A DNA stretch of 64,000 nt. Origin: Octopus bimaculoides (Eukaryota). The position numbers were made by a program, and so were the translations under genes. The notes beneath the pieces are model-generated. The model saw nothing but the letters and a program-made list of their open reading frames with translations, had not been told where the DNA came from and made no database searches. Shown here one piece after another: positions 27,019 to 39,301 of the stretch. Numbering within the stretch: the stretch's first letter is position 1; the number at the start of each line of letters is the position of its first letter. The stretch covers positions 61,272,358 through 61,336,357 of the forward strand of contig NC_068981.1 of assembly GCF_001194135.2 (NCBI RefSeq). Direction: 5' to 3'.

Positions 27019-27560
27019 GACTTTCATATATATTTTAATATTTTTATACGTAGATTTGCAAGTTATTCATAAGAAATAAACAAAGGATCGAAGAACCCGA
27101 TTTCTATTAAAACCATAGGGCGAACAACTTCACCACCACGACTACCACCACCACTACTACTACTACTATTGTTATTATCATGACTGCTGCTAGTTATTCG
27201 ACAGCTACGACCACTCCTAGAATCCCTCCCTGACCACCATTGAATTTACTAAAACAGATAGAAGTAATCTACTAAAAGAACAAATTGGAATTACCATGTT
27301 CAAGGAAAGGATCACGTGCGCATGCAAGAAATAACAGTAAACTATGAATGTCGTTCTTAATTTTAATTTCAATTTTATTTTATTAATAGCCCTTTTCTCT
27401 TCTCACATATTTTATATTCATTTTTGCTAAGGTTTTTCAAAATAAAACGAAACATGTAAATTAATTTGAAATACCCCAAAAATGTTTAAAAAAAGTGATA
27501 TTTTCATTTTTATTCATTTTCAATATCTACTTACTCGTGTAGTACTTTTACAAATCTCTT

Positions 27561-27642
<82 letters not shown>

Positions 27643-27863
27643 CGTGCGTGTATGTGTGTGTGTATGTTTATGTATGTATGTGTGTGTGTGCGGGTGTATA
27701 TATATATGTATATATATAATAGCATATAATATTATAGTTGTCTCAATATCTGCTACCTGACTTCCTATTATAGTGAATATTTACCGCGAATCTGACCTAA
27801 AGACATTGGCGTCTAAGTTCGAATCATTTGAGTGCTAACTATTGTCTATAGCGATAAACTCTG

Positions 27864-27919
<56 letters not shown>

Positions 27920-28039
27920 AATCCATCTGTCTGTTTGTCTTTCTCTCTCTTTCTCTGTGTGTTTGTGTGTCTGTGTATGTCTGTGTGTCTATCTGTCTCT
28001 GTATGTATATAAAATATCGAAGTTTTTTTTCACAGATGA

Positions 28040-29520
28040 TCTAAGTGCTCTAATTTTTGATACTAGAAGCGACAGCATTAATAAAAGTAATATGACGATC
28101 GATTCACCTAATACCACCCTAGCCACTACCAACACTACCTCATCCCTCTCTCCAATTAACCATCATACAACTGATAACTGCAACTACAGGTCCGAGACAG
28201 ACTGTCTGTTTCAAGCCCAATGCAGAACATTCAAATTCGTATAGCAATGCACCGTTCACTAATTAGTAAATAACTACTATAGCTACTACAATGGACCTAC
28301 CACATATTTTAAACAAAGACACTATGCACATTTAAACTCGGTTAAATATAAAGAGAATAGAAACTTCATATCACTAGACAGCCATGTACACCATCTAATT
28401 AAGAGGAAATATAATATAAACTTTCCTGGTCTATAGTAGATCCGTGTATCCCGTATCAAGGCCGACACACTATTATTGGACTCTGCTTAAAAGAAGTCCT
28501 CAAAATTTTAACCCATAACTCACCACAATCGCTTAATAAACACAACGAAGCCTTCACTCCCTGGAAGCACAAATACTTCCGCACTTTTATCTTCTTCCTT
28601 AAATCTAAATGTTAGTTAACTCCCCACGAATTGCACCCATATAAAAAAAAACCTATGATCATTAATGCATACCCCTCTATATCTCTTCTATCTCTCCTAT
28701 ATCTCTATATCTCTTATATCTATCTTATTTCTTATATCTCTTCTATCTACCTTATTTCATCACTTTATGAGACAAAGATTATTTCTTTAATTTATCCTTA
28801 ATTTCTTTTTAAACTTTAACCCAATAGATCACCTAATATTTAATTCTAACTCCCACTCATAAATAATTTAACATTCACCCATAACCCCATTTCTAAAAAT
28901 AACTCTACAGCCACTGACCTTATCCAGAACGGACACAAGCACTTACAACTAGATTTCCTCCACAACACCTATAGACTAGAAGAATACCACCGACAAGGAC
29001 TACACTCTTTAAATTCCTTTCCTTTTACTCTATTTTCTCTTCTTCTCTATCTTCTTACCTACCCCTGTGCACCATATCCTTAGACACTATATGATTATAT
29101 ACCTTACCTTATCCTAAAGCTAATGCTTAACACCCCACCTCACTCTATCTACCTTTCTTTCTATTTATTTACTTTTCTTTCCTGTTACCACATAATAGCC
29201 ACCGCCGCTACCATTCTGTTACTTAACATTGATATGTTCGCGCCGTTTTTCTAGATGTTTACAATGACAGGATTTTAGACCACATGGATCTACGCAGGAT
29301 CGCGCCTAAGAATTTATGCACTTATTTCTACAACATCGGAAAGTTGAACTGTGAACTTTTATGCTTCTTTTTTCTTCTCTATCTTCATCTTCTTATTTCT
29401 TTACTCTTTTACTCTATGTCGTCATTTCATTAATATATATTCTTCTCATTTTCCCTATCTGTCTCTGATAACCGAATATTCCATACTCTGGGATATCCCA
29501 CAAACAGCTGTAAGATGTTC
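28040..29520 (+). mobile_element. Penelope-like element 3' part (CxCx5Cx5C linker, GIY-YIG, pyrimidine-rich 3' region ending in an HHR remnant)
   Basis: NCNYRSETDCLFQAQCRTFKFV*QCTV..YNGPTTYFKQRHYAHLNS..SLDSHVHHL..WSIVD..GLCLKEVLKIL..LNKHNE..KHK, about 28170-28580. Confidence 0.75.
29461..29516 (+). ncRNA. Degenerate minimal type I hammerhead ribozyme motif
   Basis: gtct-CTGATAA-[stem II gaatattcc/gggatatcc]-CAAAC-AGCT-GTA-agat. Palindromic stem III ACAGCTGT. G8 and G12 are mutated. Confidence 0.55.
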
Positions 29521-30289
29521 TATCCTTTCCAATAATAAAAATGTATATGACTTCAGATGATTGTCTTACTTTAACGTTTGTTGTCCTCTTTAACATTTAT
29601 ATATCTGTATGTATGTATATATACTAATGAATTCAAGCTTGAAATATTTACATGCCTTTCCAGGAAGTAATTAATCAATGTCTCACAAATTATAGCTACA
29701 TCTCTTCAAATTACGCCCTGCATCGACAAAAGCATCTTTCATTTGCAAGATATGTACTTCACAACATTAATTCTAAAATCATGAGTAATCGGTTTGGAAA
29801 TTTCAGATAAATCTGTCATATACATACATGATAAAGTAGAAGAGCTATTCTGATACAGATATAAAATAAGTTTATTTTAACACATCGAAACACACGTCGG
29901 GAATGATTTATTAATTGTCGAATATATCTAATGTGATAGGGGGGAAAAAGAAAAGAAAACTGTAAGTAATAGAATTTACAATGGTATATTCTCTAAATTG
30001 AACAATTTATACAGCGACAAATTTACATGGAATGCAGAAGATAAGAAAAAATGAAAATTATATTATCCCTACTATTGTTGCAAAAATACACGTTGCTTTG
30101 TAATAGTTCTTCAAAAAATTCAGTTGGGCATATATGGATATTATATATATATATATCTCATGTGACAGGAGGGAAAAGAAAAAAAAGTGTGAGTAATAAA
30201 ATTTACAATGGTATATTCTCTAAATTGAACAATTTATACAGCGACGGCCGGAGAGGTGTGCAGTAATATAAATCTGTAAGTTCCTAGAA

Positions 30290-30590
30290 ATAATTGTGCC
30301 CAATTTTGGCATTGAAAGCTACACCAGTGCCAGAATGGGACGACACTGCATAATGCCAAAGATCCCAGCAATGCCATCGCGATTCAGGGCTACTAACTGC
30401 AACAGCCTAGGTTTGAGGGGTCCACAGCTATCTCATATTTTCCCAAAGAGCCTGAGCAATCTTCACAAAGTAGTTGTAGGCGTTTTTAAATCAAGATTGG
30501 CTTTCTTCCTGCTGAGAGTCCCAGATAAACCTACGTCACGGCAAGAGGGGCAAAAGAGGATAGCTACATCAAACTCATGGCAATAGCTAT
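30290..30590 (+). mobile_element. CR1-like LINE 3' end
   Basis: KIPAMPSRFRATNCNSLGLRGPQLSHIFPKSLSNLHKVVVGVFKSRLAFFLLRVPDKP..SNS (GPxLFNxLP..FK..LD...VPD.P tail). Homologous to the 62.3-kb copy. Confidence 0.75.
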
Positions 30591-31553
30591 GAACTGAAAC
30601 TACAAAAACTATGTATATATATATATATATNNNNNNNNNNNNNNNNNNNNNNNNNNNNNNNNNNNNNNNNNNNNNNNNNNNNNNNNNNNNNNNNNNNNNN
30701 NNNNNNNNNNNNNNNNNNNNNNNNNNNNNNNNNNNNNNNNNNNNNNNNNNNNNNNNNNNNNNNNNNNNNNNNNNNNNNNNNNNNNNNNNNNNNNNNNNNN
30801 NNNNNNNNNNNNNNNNNNNNNNNNNNNNNNNNNNNNNNNNNNNNNNNNNNNNNNNNNNNNNNNNNNNNNNNNNNNNNNNNNNNNNNNNNNNNNNNNNNNN
30901 NNNNNNNNNNNNNNNNNNNNNNNNNNNNNNNNNNNNNNNNNNNNNNNNNNNNNNNNNNNNNNNNNNNNNNNNNNNNNNNNNNNNNNNNNNNNNNNNNNNN
31001 NNNNNNNNNNNNNNNNNNNNNNNNNNNNNNNNNNNNNNNNNNNNNNNNNNNNNNNNNNNNNNNNNNNNNNNNNNNNNNNNNNNNNNNNNNNNNNNNNNNN
31101 NNNNNNNNNNNNNNNNNNNNNNNNNNNNNNNNNNNNNNNNNNNNNNNNNNNNNNNNNNNNNNNNNNNNNNNNNNNNNNNNNNNNNNNNNNNNNNNNNNNN
31201 NNNNNNNNNNNNNNNNNNNNNNNNNNNNNNNNNNNNNNNNNNNNNNNNNNNNNNNNNNNNNNNNNNNNNNNNNNNNNNNNNNNNNNNNNNNNNNNNNNNN
31301 NNNNNNNNNNNNNNNNNNNNNNNNNNNNNNNNNNNNNNNNNNNNNNNNNNNNNNNNNNNNNNNNNNNNNNNNNNNNNNNNNNNNNNNNNNNNNNNNNNNN
31401 NNNNNNNNNNNNNNNNNNNNNNNNNNNNNNNNNNNNNNNNNNNNNNNNNNNNNNNNNNNNNNNNNNNNNNNNNNNNNNNNNNNNNNNNNNNNNNNNNNNN
31501 NNNNNNNNNNNNNNNNNNNNNNNNNNNNNNNNNNNNNNNNNNNNNNNNNNNNN

Positions 31554-31860
31554 TTACGAAAAAAAAACAACAGACGAGGACAGGTGGTGTAAACAACAAA
31601 TGGATGTATTTAACGCTCGGGAATCGAGGAAGTCTTTAACGTTTCGAGCTACGTTCTTCAACTGAAAGGAACGCAGAAAGAAATAAGGAGAAAAACAAGG
31701 TGAAAAAATGTAAATGTAGTGGTCTGCGATCTATCATAGCGAATGCCGGACAGAAAGTTCACACAGGAGAGCTAAGAAAAAAGGGAGATAACAAAGGCGA
31801 AAGAAGTGGCGAACCCAAATACGAGAAGCTGGGTGTGTGTGAGAGAGAATGCTGGTGATC
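31554..31860 (-). mobile_element. Diverged copy of the HHR-bearing small repeat (family of 41356 and 47778)
   Basis: Shares acaacagacgaggacaggtggtgtaaa..acgctcgggaat..aagtcttt.acgtttcgagctacg.tcttcaac with the other two copies. The HHR at 31633-31668 reads CAGTTGA and has a stem II mismatch. Confidence 0.75.
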
Positions 31861-31994
31861 TTAACGTATGTATGTGTGTATGTGTGTATGTGGGGAAGGG
31901 AGAAGGGAGCTGGTCAGTGCTAGTGTGTGCGTGGTGGTGTTGTGAAGTGATGTGTTGTGTGGTATGGTGTAACGTGGTGTGATGTGAGAGTCTT

Positions 31995-32124
31995 GGGAGA
32001 TGGGAGGTGGGAGGTTGGAGTTGGGAGGTGGGAGTTGGGAGTTGGGAGGTAGGAGTTGGGAGGTGGGAGTTGGGAGGTGGGAGTTGGGAGGTGGGAGTTG
32101 GGAGGTGGGAGTTGGGAGGTGGGG
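31995..32124 (+). repeat. (GGGAGKT)n heptamer minisatellite, about 18 units
   Basis: Alternating gggaggt and gggagtt units inside an ~800-bp purine-rich strand. Confidence 0.9.
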
Positions 32125-32572
32125 AAGGCGAAGGCGGGGGAGGCGAGAGTGGGGAAAGCATGGGTGGAGTGTGGGTTAGGCTGAGTGTGGGGGTAGAGAA
32201 AGGGGTATGTAGGTTGGCAGAGGTTGGGGTGGGTATAATGGATTGGATGGGGTGGGATGGGAAGGTAGAGTAGGAGTGTGTTGGGGTGGGATGAGCTTAT
32301 GAGGGAGGGTTGACGATGAAGGGGAAGGGGTAGGTGGATATAAGAGGGGGAAGGTAGGTATGGGAGGAGGGAGAAAGTCAGGAGAAAGAGAGGAAGAGAG
32401 TAAGAAAGAAGAGAGTGAGACAGAGAGTGAGTAAGAGAGAAGAGAGTGAGACAGAGAGAGAGAGTAAGAGAGAAGAGAGGAAGAGTAGGGGTGAAGAGAA
32501 GTACAGAGAAGTAGGATCGGAGCAGGAGAGGAGAGGTGGGTGGTAGGAAGTAGGAGGGAGAGCGTATGTATG

Positions 32573-32603
<31 letters not shown>

Positions 32604-33029
32604 GTATGTATTATATATGTATGCATGTATGTATGTATGCATGTGTGTAGATTTGTATGTTTTGTTTTTATATGTATTCACATGTATATAGTCACATGTC
32701 TAGACATGCTCATATATACTTAAATGATACATTTCCGGAAACTTTTACAGGTTTTTATAGTTCCACTTATGGCCTGTATCTTTAGAATTCGAATCAGCTT
32801 TCTAATTTCTGGTTTTCAGATGCCTGCTTTCTCAAGATTGGTATTTAGGCAGTGTATAAGATATGGTAGTGCACCAATAATTGCAGGTATAAACTCAAAC
32901 TTGTGATCTGTAGCTGTAGATTACTCAATAGGTCACAGTAAATATTATCGTTTTCGCTCATCTTTAGCTACAAGTTAACATCTGCAGGACAGTTAAATTC
33001 CACAATTGTATATGTATACATACATGCAT

Positions 33030-33270
33030 ATATGGGAACAGGACATCAAAAAAACGTTAAACGCATTGAGGAACGAAAACATAAAAACGAAAACAGAAAA
33101 CGAACTTTTTTCGAAAAAGAAAAAAACAAACAGAGAAACGAGACATGGAACATAAAGAGTATACCCCTTCGTCAGTTGTCCCTATTCCATCTACTCCGCT
33201 TTTCGAAGGCAAGGACAATACGCGACTTCGTTGGAACAGTCCTACCCGCAAAGCAAATTAAATAAAATTT
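33030..33270. repeat. Small interspersed repeat, copy 1 of a local pair
   Basis: Shares aaacagagaaacgagacatg.aacataaagagtataccccttcgtcagtt..cgaaggcaaggacaatacgcgacttcgttggaacagtcct with 33845-34075. Confidence 0.8.
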
Positions 33271-33600
33271 GGAACTTTTTGCGGAGGGTGAAAGTGTTAA
33301 CAAGAACAGGACATTGAGAACAAGACGTTAAAAACAAAATAGTAAAAACAAATGGTGTGGGCTGTTGAGACAAGACGATAGAAAAATTATTCTGAACGCT
33401 AGGTAGACGTGGAGAAGAGAGAGAAAAAACCCGTTTCTTCTTTAGGAAGGCAGTGGGCAGAAAAAGAGATCCCCTTTCGTCGTGTCAGCGACCAGAGAGT
33501 GAAGGCGGAAGAGTGAGAGAGAGAGAGAGAACAGTGAAAGGGAGAGAAAAATAGGGAAAAGTTGGGAGAGGAAACAGAAAGGATGAAGAACAAGAGAGGG

Positions 33601-33670
33601 AGAGAGATAGACAGAGAAGAGATAGACAGAGAAGAGATAGACAGAGAAGAGATAGACAGAGAAGAGATAG
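33601..33670. repeat. 15-bp tandem repeat (AGAGATAGACAGAGA), about 4.5 units
   Basis: Direct inspection. Confidence 0.9.
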
Positions 33671-33844
33671 TAGAAGAGTGCGCATTGTAATTATTAAGAT
33701 AAAACTTACTTGCAAAACAATGCGTGGCGTTCGATCATATAATAATACAAACAATATATAAATATATGCATTTATCCATATATATATATATATATATATA
33801 TGTACATACCTACATCTATATTTATACATACATACATATATGTA

Positions 33845-34075
33845 TACAGGGCATCACAAAAAGTTAAACACAATGAGATACGAAAACATTAAAACGTAAA
33901 CAGAAAACGAGCTTCTTTTTTTTTTTTGAACAACGGAAAAACCAAACAGAGAAACGAGACATGCAACATAAAGAGTATACCCCTTCGTCAGTTTTCCGCG
34001 TTTCATCTACTCCGCGTTCCGAAGGCAAGGACAATACGCGACTTCGTTGGAACAGTCCTTCCCGTAAAGCAAATT
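33845..34075. repeat. Small interspersed repeat, copy 2 of a local pair
   Basis: See 33030-33270. Both copies follow (TA)/(CATA)-type microsatellite sequence. Confidence 0.8.
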
Positions 34076-36561
34076 TGTATGTATGTATGTATGTAATTAT
34101 GTATGTATGTATATATGTATGTATGTAATTATGTATGTATGTAAATATCTATATATGTAAATATCTATGTATGTATATGTATATGCATGTTAGTATGCAT
34201 TTAAAGTCAAAGCAATAGGAGACAGAAATAAAGAAAACACATGTAATTCACATGTTCGGTTTATATGTTCAATGTGTATGTGTCCGCGTGCACGTTTCTG
34301 TATGCAATTTAAGTTAAATTTTCTTCACTCGGATTATTAAGAGCTGAGCACTGTTTAACAAATGTTTAATTTATACGTCTTTATTCATAATTATGTGTAA
34401 CTGTTGCATTCTTTTCAAAATTGTTCTATATTTTGACTTGCTGTTTATCTTTAACATATTCCCTAAATTCTATAAATGATCTTTCGTTGTACTTTCTGTC
34501 TATTATACATTACACCATAGGTGCACATGGCTAATATGTTTCTGACACCCTCAATTGATATCAAGATCGTGTATAGTTATTCTCTTTTCGGTATTGGTTA
34601 TCGTATATCTTTGGATATGCCATGAATCTCTTTCGAGAAAATGACGGGAATAATGCGAATTTAGATTAATTCAACTATATTAGAATCATTTCTGAATTTT
34701 CCATAATTCTTCTGGGAGTTAACTGGACCATTTATCATATTCAATTGTCAACTCTTAGATGAATTAGAGAAGTGCACAGTGTCTATATAAACGTGTATGA
34801 ATAATATCCATGGATTACTCCAAAGAAATTAATTGTGACATTTTACATATAGTGTCGTACTATGATATCCTTTATTAGATTTCCAATGCCAAGATCACCA
34901 TAAATGAAAACCATCAGGATTTCTGAAACATTGAAGAAGATACAAAAGCAATTGGTCTCAATCACGGTAAAAACCTATCTGCTTTTCATTCTGAAACTGT
35001 ATTGTACTACATCCTTAAGTAAATTCTTGTGTTTTCTATCAAAGCAGAAGTGACCGATGTATAGGTAAATGTGTATCTCTCCAATTTTGATTATACTCAT
35101 AATCTTCTCTTCACAGCTTCTCGCATGTTGATGCACAAGTCATTTTAATATCCTTAACAATGCTGAAAAAATTACAGTTACGATGGATGACGTCTGCTAA
35201 TTTGTTTGAAGGATGTCACGGTACTCATGGTAGCCAACGACTCCAAGTAACTTTTATTCTATAATGCCTCGTGCGAAAAAAATCCTTACATGAAAGAGAG
35301 CAGAAAGGATTGCCTGTAACACGCTTTAAACCATCTGGACGTGGGTGAACTAATTGAGCGTCAGCAAGGGTTGCTTTCTGAAGGATAAATGTGAGCTCTT
35401 GTTTCAAGACACTCAAAACACAGACAACGGAAATTTGTATCAATGATTGACTTCGTGGTACACATACTATTTTTTACAATAATAACATTCTTACTGTATG
35501 TAAACAATCCATGCATTACTTTTGTTATTAATCAACTTGTCATCACTATATTGCTAATTAGCAAACTGCTCCGGATGATATAGATTTGCAGTTTACATTC
35601 TATTACACGAAGAATACCATTCCATTTCTTTAAATTTATTGGCAAAGAAACATATCACGAAAAAGAATGTATCTTATCTAATGAAGGGGTGACAGACCTA
35701 GTATAACATTGTTAGATAAGACGGTTATCTCTTTCTGAGTCGTTTGCGTTGATGTTTTACCAAATATCTCAGCAAGTAAAGATCAATGGTTTTCAATTAT
35801 GTTATGATGGAACAAAACTAGTCATTTAGATGATATTGTAGACCAGTACAGATCTACCTGTTATAGATAGAATTCGAAACTATTAATACCGATTCCAATA
35901 TAGATATTTAATAAAAATGTTAAGGGCTTTAATTCAATCAAAATTCTTCTTAATAAAATTTAGGTCTTTAAAAATTTTCTCAAAGTCGGTAAGTTACATG
36001 CACAAATGTATGGACAAAATATACTACATGTTTTGCTGAATATTGTTAAGAAAGTGTGTACTTATATAAGTACATGAATATTTATTCTCTGTGTGTTCCC
36101 GTATGAAAGTATTTGATACTTCATAATATTTTACGCAGGATATATAGAAATTTATTTTATGCATCACTATCGTATATGAAATATAATATCAGCAATTTCC
36201 CATGTATAAGGAAGTTTATGTGCTCCTGATATTAAACTAATAACATGTATATTTCTTGGTATAGATTCATATGTTTATATATATACAAAGCAAATATTCA
36301 AGAGTGAATATTTATATAGATATTATTATTATTGCTTTTATTATCGCGGGCAATATAAACAATTGATAATACCAATAATAATATAAATGGCTGCAGGCCA
36401 AAAGTAGCATTGTATAGCCATATATTTAAAATTCATATGATAAGGGCATTCCTGTGCCCTTATGATATGAATTGTATATACATACATACATACATACATA
36501 CATACATACATACACGTATACATGCATTCATACATACATAAATACGTACATATATATGTAT

Positions 36562-36614
<53 letters not shown>

Positions 36615-36616
<2 letters not shown>

Positions 36617-37893
36617 GGATCTAGGATGCACCATCCAAAATCTGACATAGAACGGCTATATATACAACGTACAGTAGGTGGTAGAGGCCTTATACAACTG
36701 GAAAACTATTATAAACTAACCACCATAAGACTGTAAAATACCTACTTCAGAAGCAAGGAAAACTAATACAAATACCCACAAAACACTAGCAAAAAATAAA
36801 ACTATTTTTAGTATTTAAGGAAGCTGACAAATACAAACAAGAAATCATACTAACAAATATGAAGAAGAAGAAGAAGAAGAAGAAGAAGAAGAAGAAGAAG
36901 AAGAAGAAGAAGAAGAAGAAGAAGAAGAAGAAGAAGAAGAAGAAGAAGAAGAAGAAGAAACAACAACAAAAGCTATAAAACATGAAATCTAAACTAAAAC
37001 TAGAATAGCAACGGACCATGATGAAACGATGGCAAGAAAAGCCCCTTCATGGCAAATACTGGGCTAAACTAAATGCAAAACAAATAGACAGAGAAAAATC
37101 CCGGCAATGGTTGAGAAGCTCAGGTCTCAAAGCAGAGGCTGAAGGATTTTTAATTGCAGCACAAGACCAAAGTGCCGCTACCAGAAATTATCAAAAACAT
37201 ATAATGGAAAGAAACAGAAACACGTAATTGCAGAATATGTGGCGATTGACAAGAAACAATAAATCATATTATCTCTGGCTGCCCAGTCCTTGCTAAGAAC
37301 GAATATATTCACAGACACGACAGAGCTGGGACCTACATACACTGGAAGCTATGCCAACACTATGGAATAACAACAGAAAAAAGATAGTATAGACACACGC
37401 CAGAAATGGACACAAAAAACGAGAAAGCAACCATACTCTGAGATATGCCAATGCACATAGAAAGGGAAATTAAGGCCAATAGACCAGATATAGTTGTGAG
37501 AGATATAAAGACAAACATGCTTTCTAATTGATGCATCAATACCAGCAGATGATATCGTTTCATTAAAATAAATGGAGAAACTTTCAAAATACAAAGACCT
37601 GGAAATAGAGGTAACTTGAATGGGGAATCTAAAAACAGAAGCAATTCCTATCATAGAAGGCGCCTAAGGTATGATAGAATTTATTTAGACAAATACATAA
37701 CAAAAACACCAGGACTTACAAGTATATATATCATGCAGAAATTGCACTACTGGGCACTGCACCTATCCTACGCAAAACAGTTTCAATGCAGTAACCATAA
37801 GAGCATCACAGCAAACTACAGCACATACCCAAGGCACACAGAGCTGCACTCGTTAGTGAAGTGAAAGCACGCTGCAAAAATTAAACTGCTGTA
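36615..37893 (+). mobile_element. R4/Dong-clade LINE, 5'-truncated with intact 3' end, flanked by (TAA)n on both sides
   Basis: MHHPKSDIERLYIQRTVGGRGLIQLE, (GAA)~33, WQEKPLHGKYW, EGFLIAAQDQ, CRICG..HIISGCPVLAK..HRHD, KANRPDIVV and LGTAPILRK. (TAA)17 at 36564-36614 and (TAA)6 at 37894-37911. Confidence 0.92.
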
Positions 37894-37984
37894 TAATAAT
37901 AATAATAATAATGTAACAACAAAAGAATGAGATCTCGATATTAGGGAAATAGAGGATTGTATATATATATATATATATATATAA

Positions 37985-39195
37985 ACACGGAGCAAATTGT
38001 CTACTTAACCCTGCAAAATCAGAAATTGGCATAACTAGTAAGGACACTTGAAAAAAACAAATTACTGCTAAAGTTAGAGAGGCAACTAACTTAGTATAAT
38101 TGTCCCGTAGTATAGAAGTTGTTAACTGGTTTCAAGCAATTGAAAATAAGATATTAAAGCCATGTTTACAGAATTTGATATTGTAGATTTCTATGCAGCT
38201 ATTTCTAAAAAACTGCTAGATAAAGCCCCCACTTTCGCAAGCGATTTTACAGAGATTAGTGATCAAGATAAGTATATAATCCTCCATGCTAGAAAGACCT
38301 TACTCCGCAGTGAGAACGCAGAGTGGGTCAAGACAACAGACACGTTAGGGAAACCATTTCGTTGTGTAGATTTAACTAAGAATACCAATGGGCCAGCGCA
38401 AGATAGGTTAAGGAATATATTATCCAACTTACGAAAACATTCGATCTTAGCGTAACAATAGATACCAAACTGACGGTTGTCAATTTTCTACACATATCTC
38501 TAGATTTACAAAATAATATTTACAAGCCCTATAAGAATTTAAGAATTTAGTTAAGAATATTAGTAGGATAATTTCTGGTCTCTCTGCCAGTATAAACATA
38601 TTTAATAATGCCGCCTCACTACATAACAATGCCTTTAAAGCTAGTGGATTTAAAGAAGAAATAGCTTACAGTCCCATTATTAGTCCAGAAATAAAGAAAA
38701 GAAAATATAGACATGGGAAAAGTTTGTGCTTCACACCCCTTACTACTCCGAAGTAACCTTTCATATTGGTAAATATCCCTTGTCATTTATAGATAGACAT
38801 TTTCCAATACATCACAAATATACATAACTCTTTAATAGGCATAAACTTAAAATTAGCTTTAATTCCACCCCAAACTTTACGCACAATACAACACAAAACC
38901 ACGAAGCCGGCTGTCCCTGCAGGGATAAAGACCTGTGCCTACTAAGTGGAGCCTGTATGACCAAGGCAATTATCTATGAAGCAACTGTAAATTCCACGAA
39001 GGCTAATAATACAGACCCATCCAAGAGACATATGAATGTCACAGATGGTAATTTCAAAACAACATTCAGCAATCACACCTTAAACTTCAGACACTGGAAT
39101 AAACGAAAGACTACCAAATTATCCAGTTGTATATGTTTCTTTAAAGAACAAGGTCTCAACTACAGGATTTACCGGAAGTTCTTAGCCAAGTATCC
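37985..39195 (+). mobile_element. Penelope-like element with internal deletions (RT N-terminal part, linker, GIY-YIG)
   Basis: LLNPAKSEIGITSK, FTEFDIVDFYAAISKKLLDKA..IILHARKTLL..EWVK, GCPCRDKDLCLLSGACMTKAIIYEATV and NFKTTFSNHTLNFRH..TTKLS. Confidence 0.85.
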
Positions 39196-39263
39196 AATAT
39201 GTCTTAACTTACACTAATCTTTTAAATTGTGTTATTGTGTACGTGTGTGTGTATATGCATACG

Positions 39264-39301
<38 letters not shown>

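Noticed and set aside
27086-27130. HHR-like trace downstream of the Neptune-type element (also at 15950-16000 and 45775-45820)
   Set aside because: Core nucleotides and stem I pairing are too degraded to support.
30463-31639. Long ORFs in the track spanning N runs (also at 6.4, 39.2, 47.8, 52.0, 59.0 and 60.8 kb)
   Set aside because: They consist of X residues from gaps and carry no coding evidence.
31772-32681. Pro/Ser/Thr/Leu-rich ORFs and other CVCV, YIYI, HTHT, SIYL and poly-His ORFs
   Set aside because: Translations of micro- and minisatellites.
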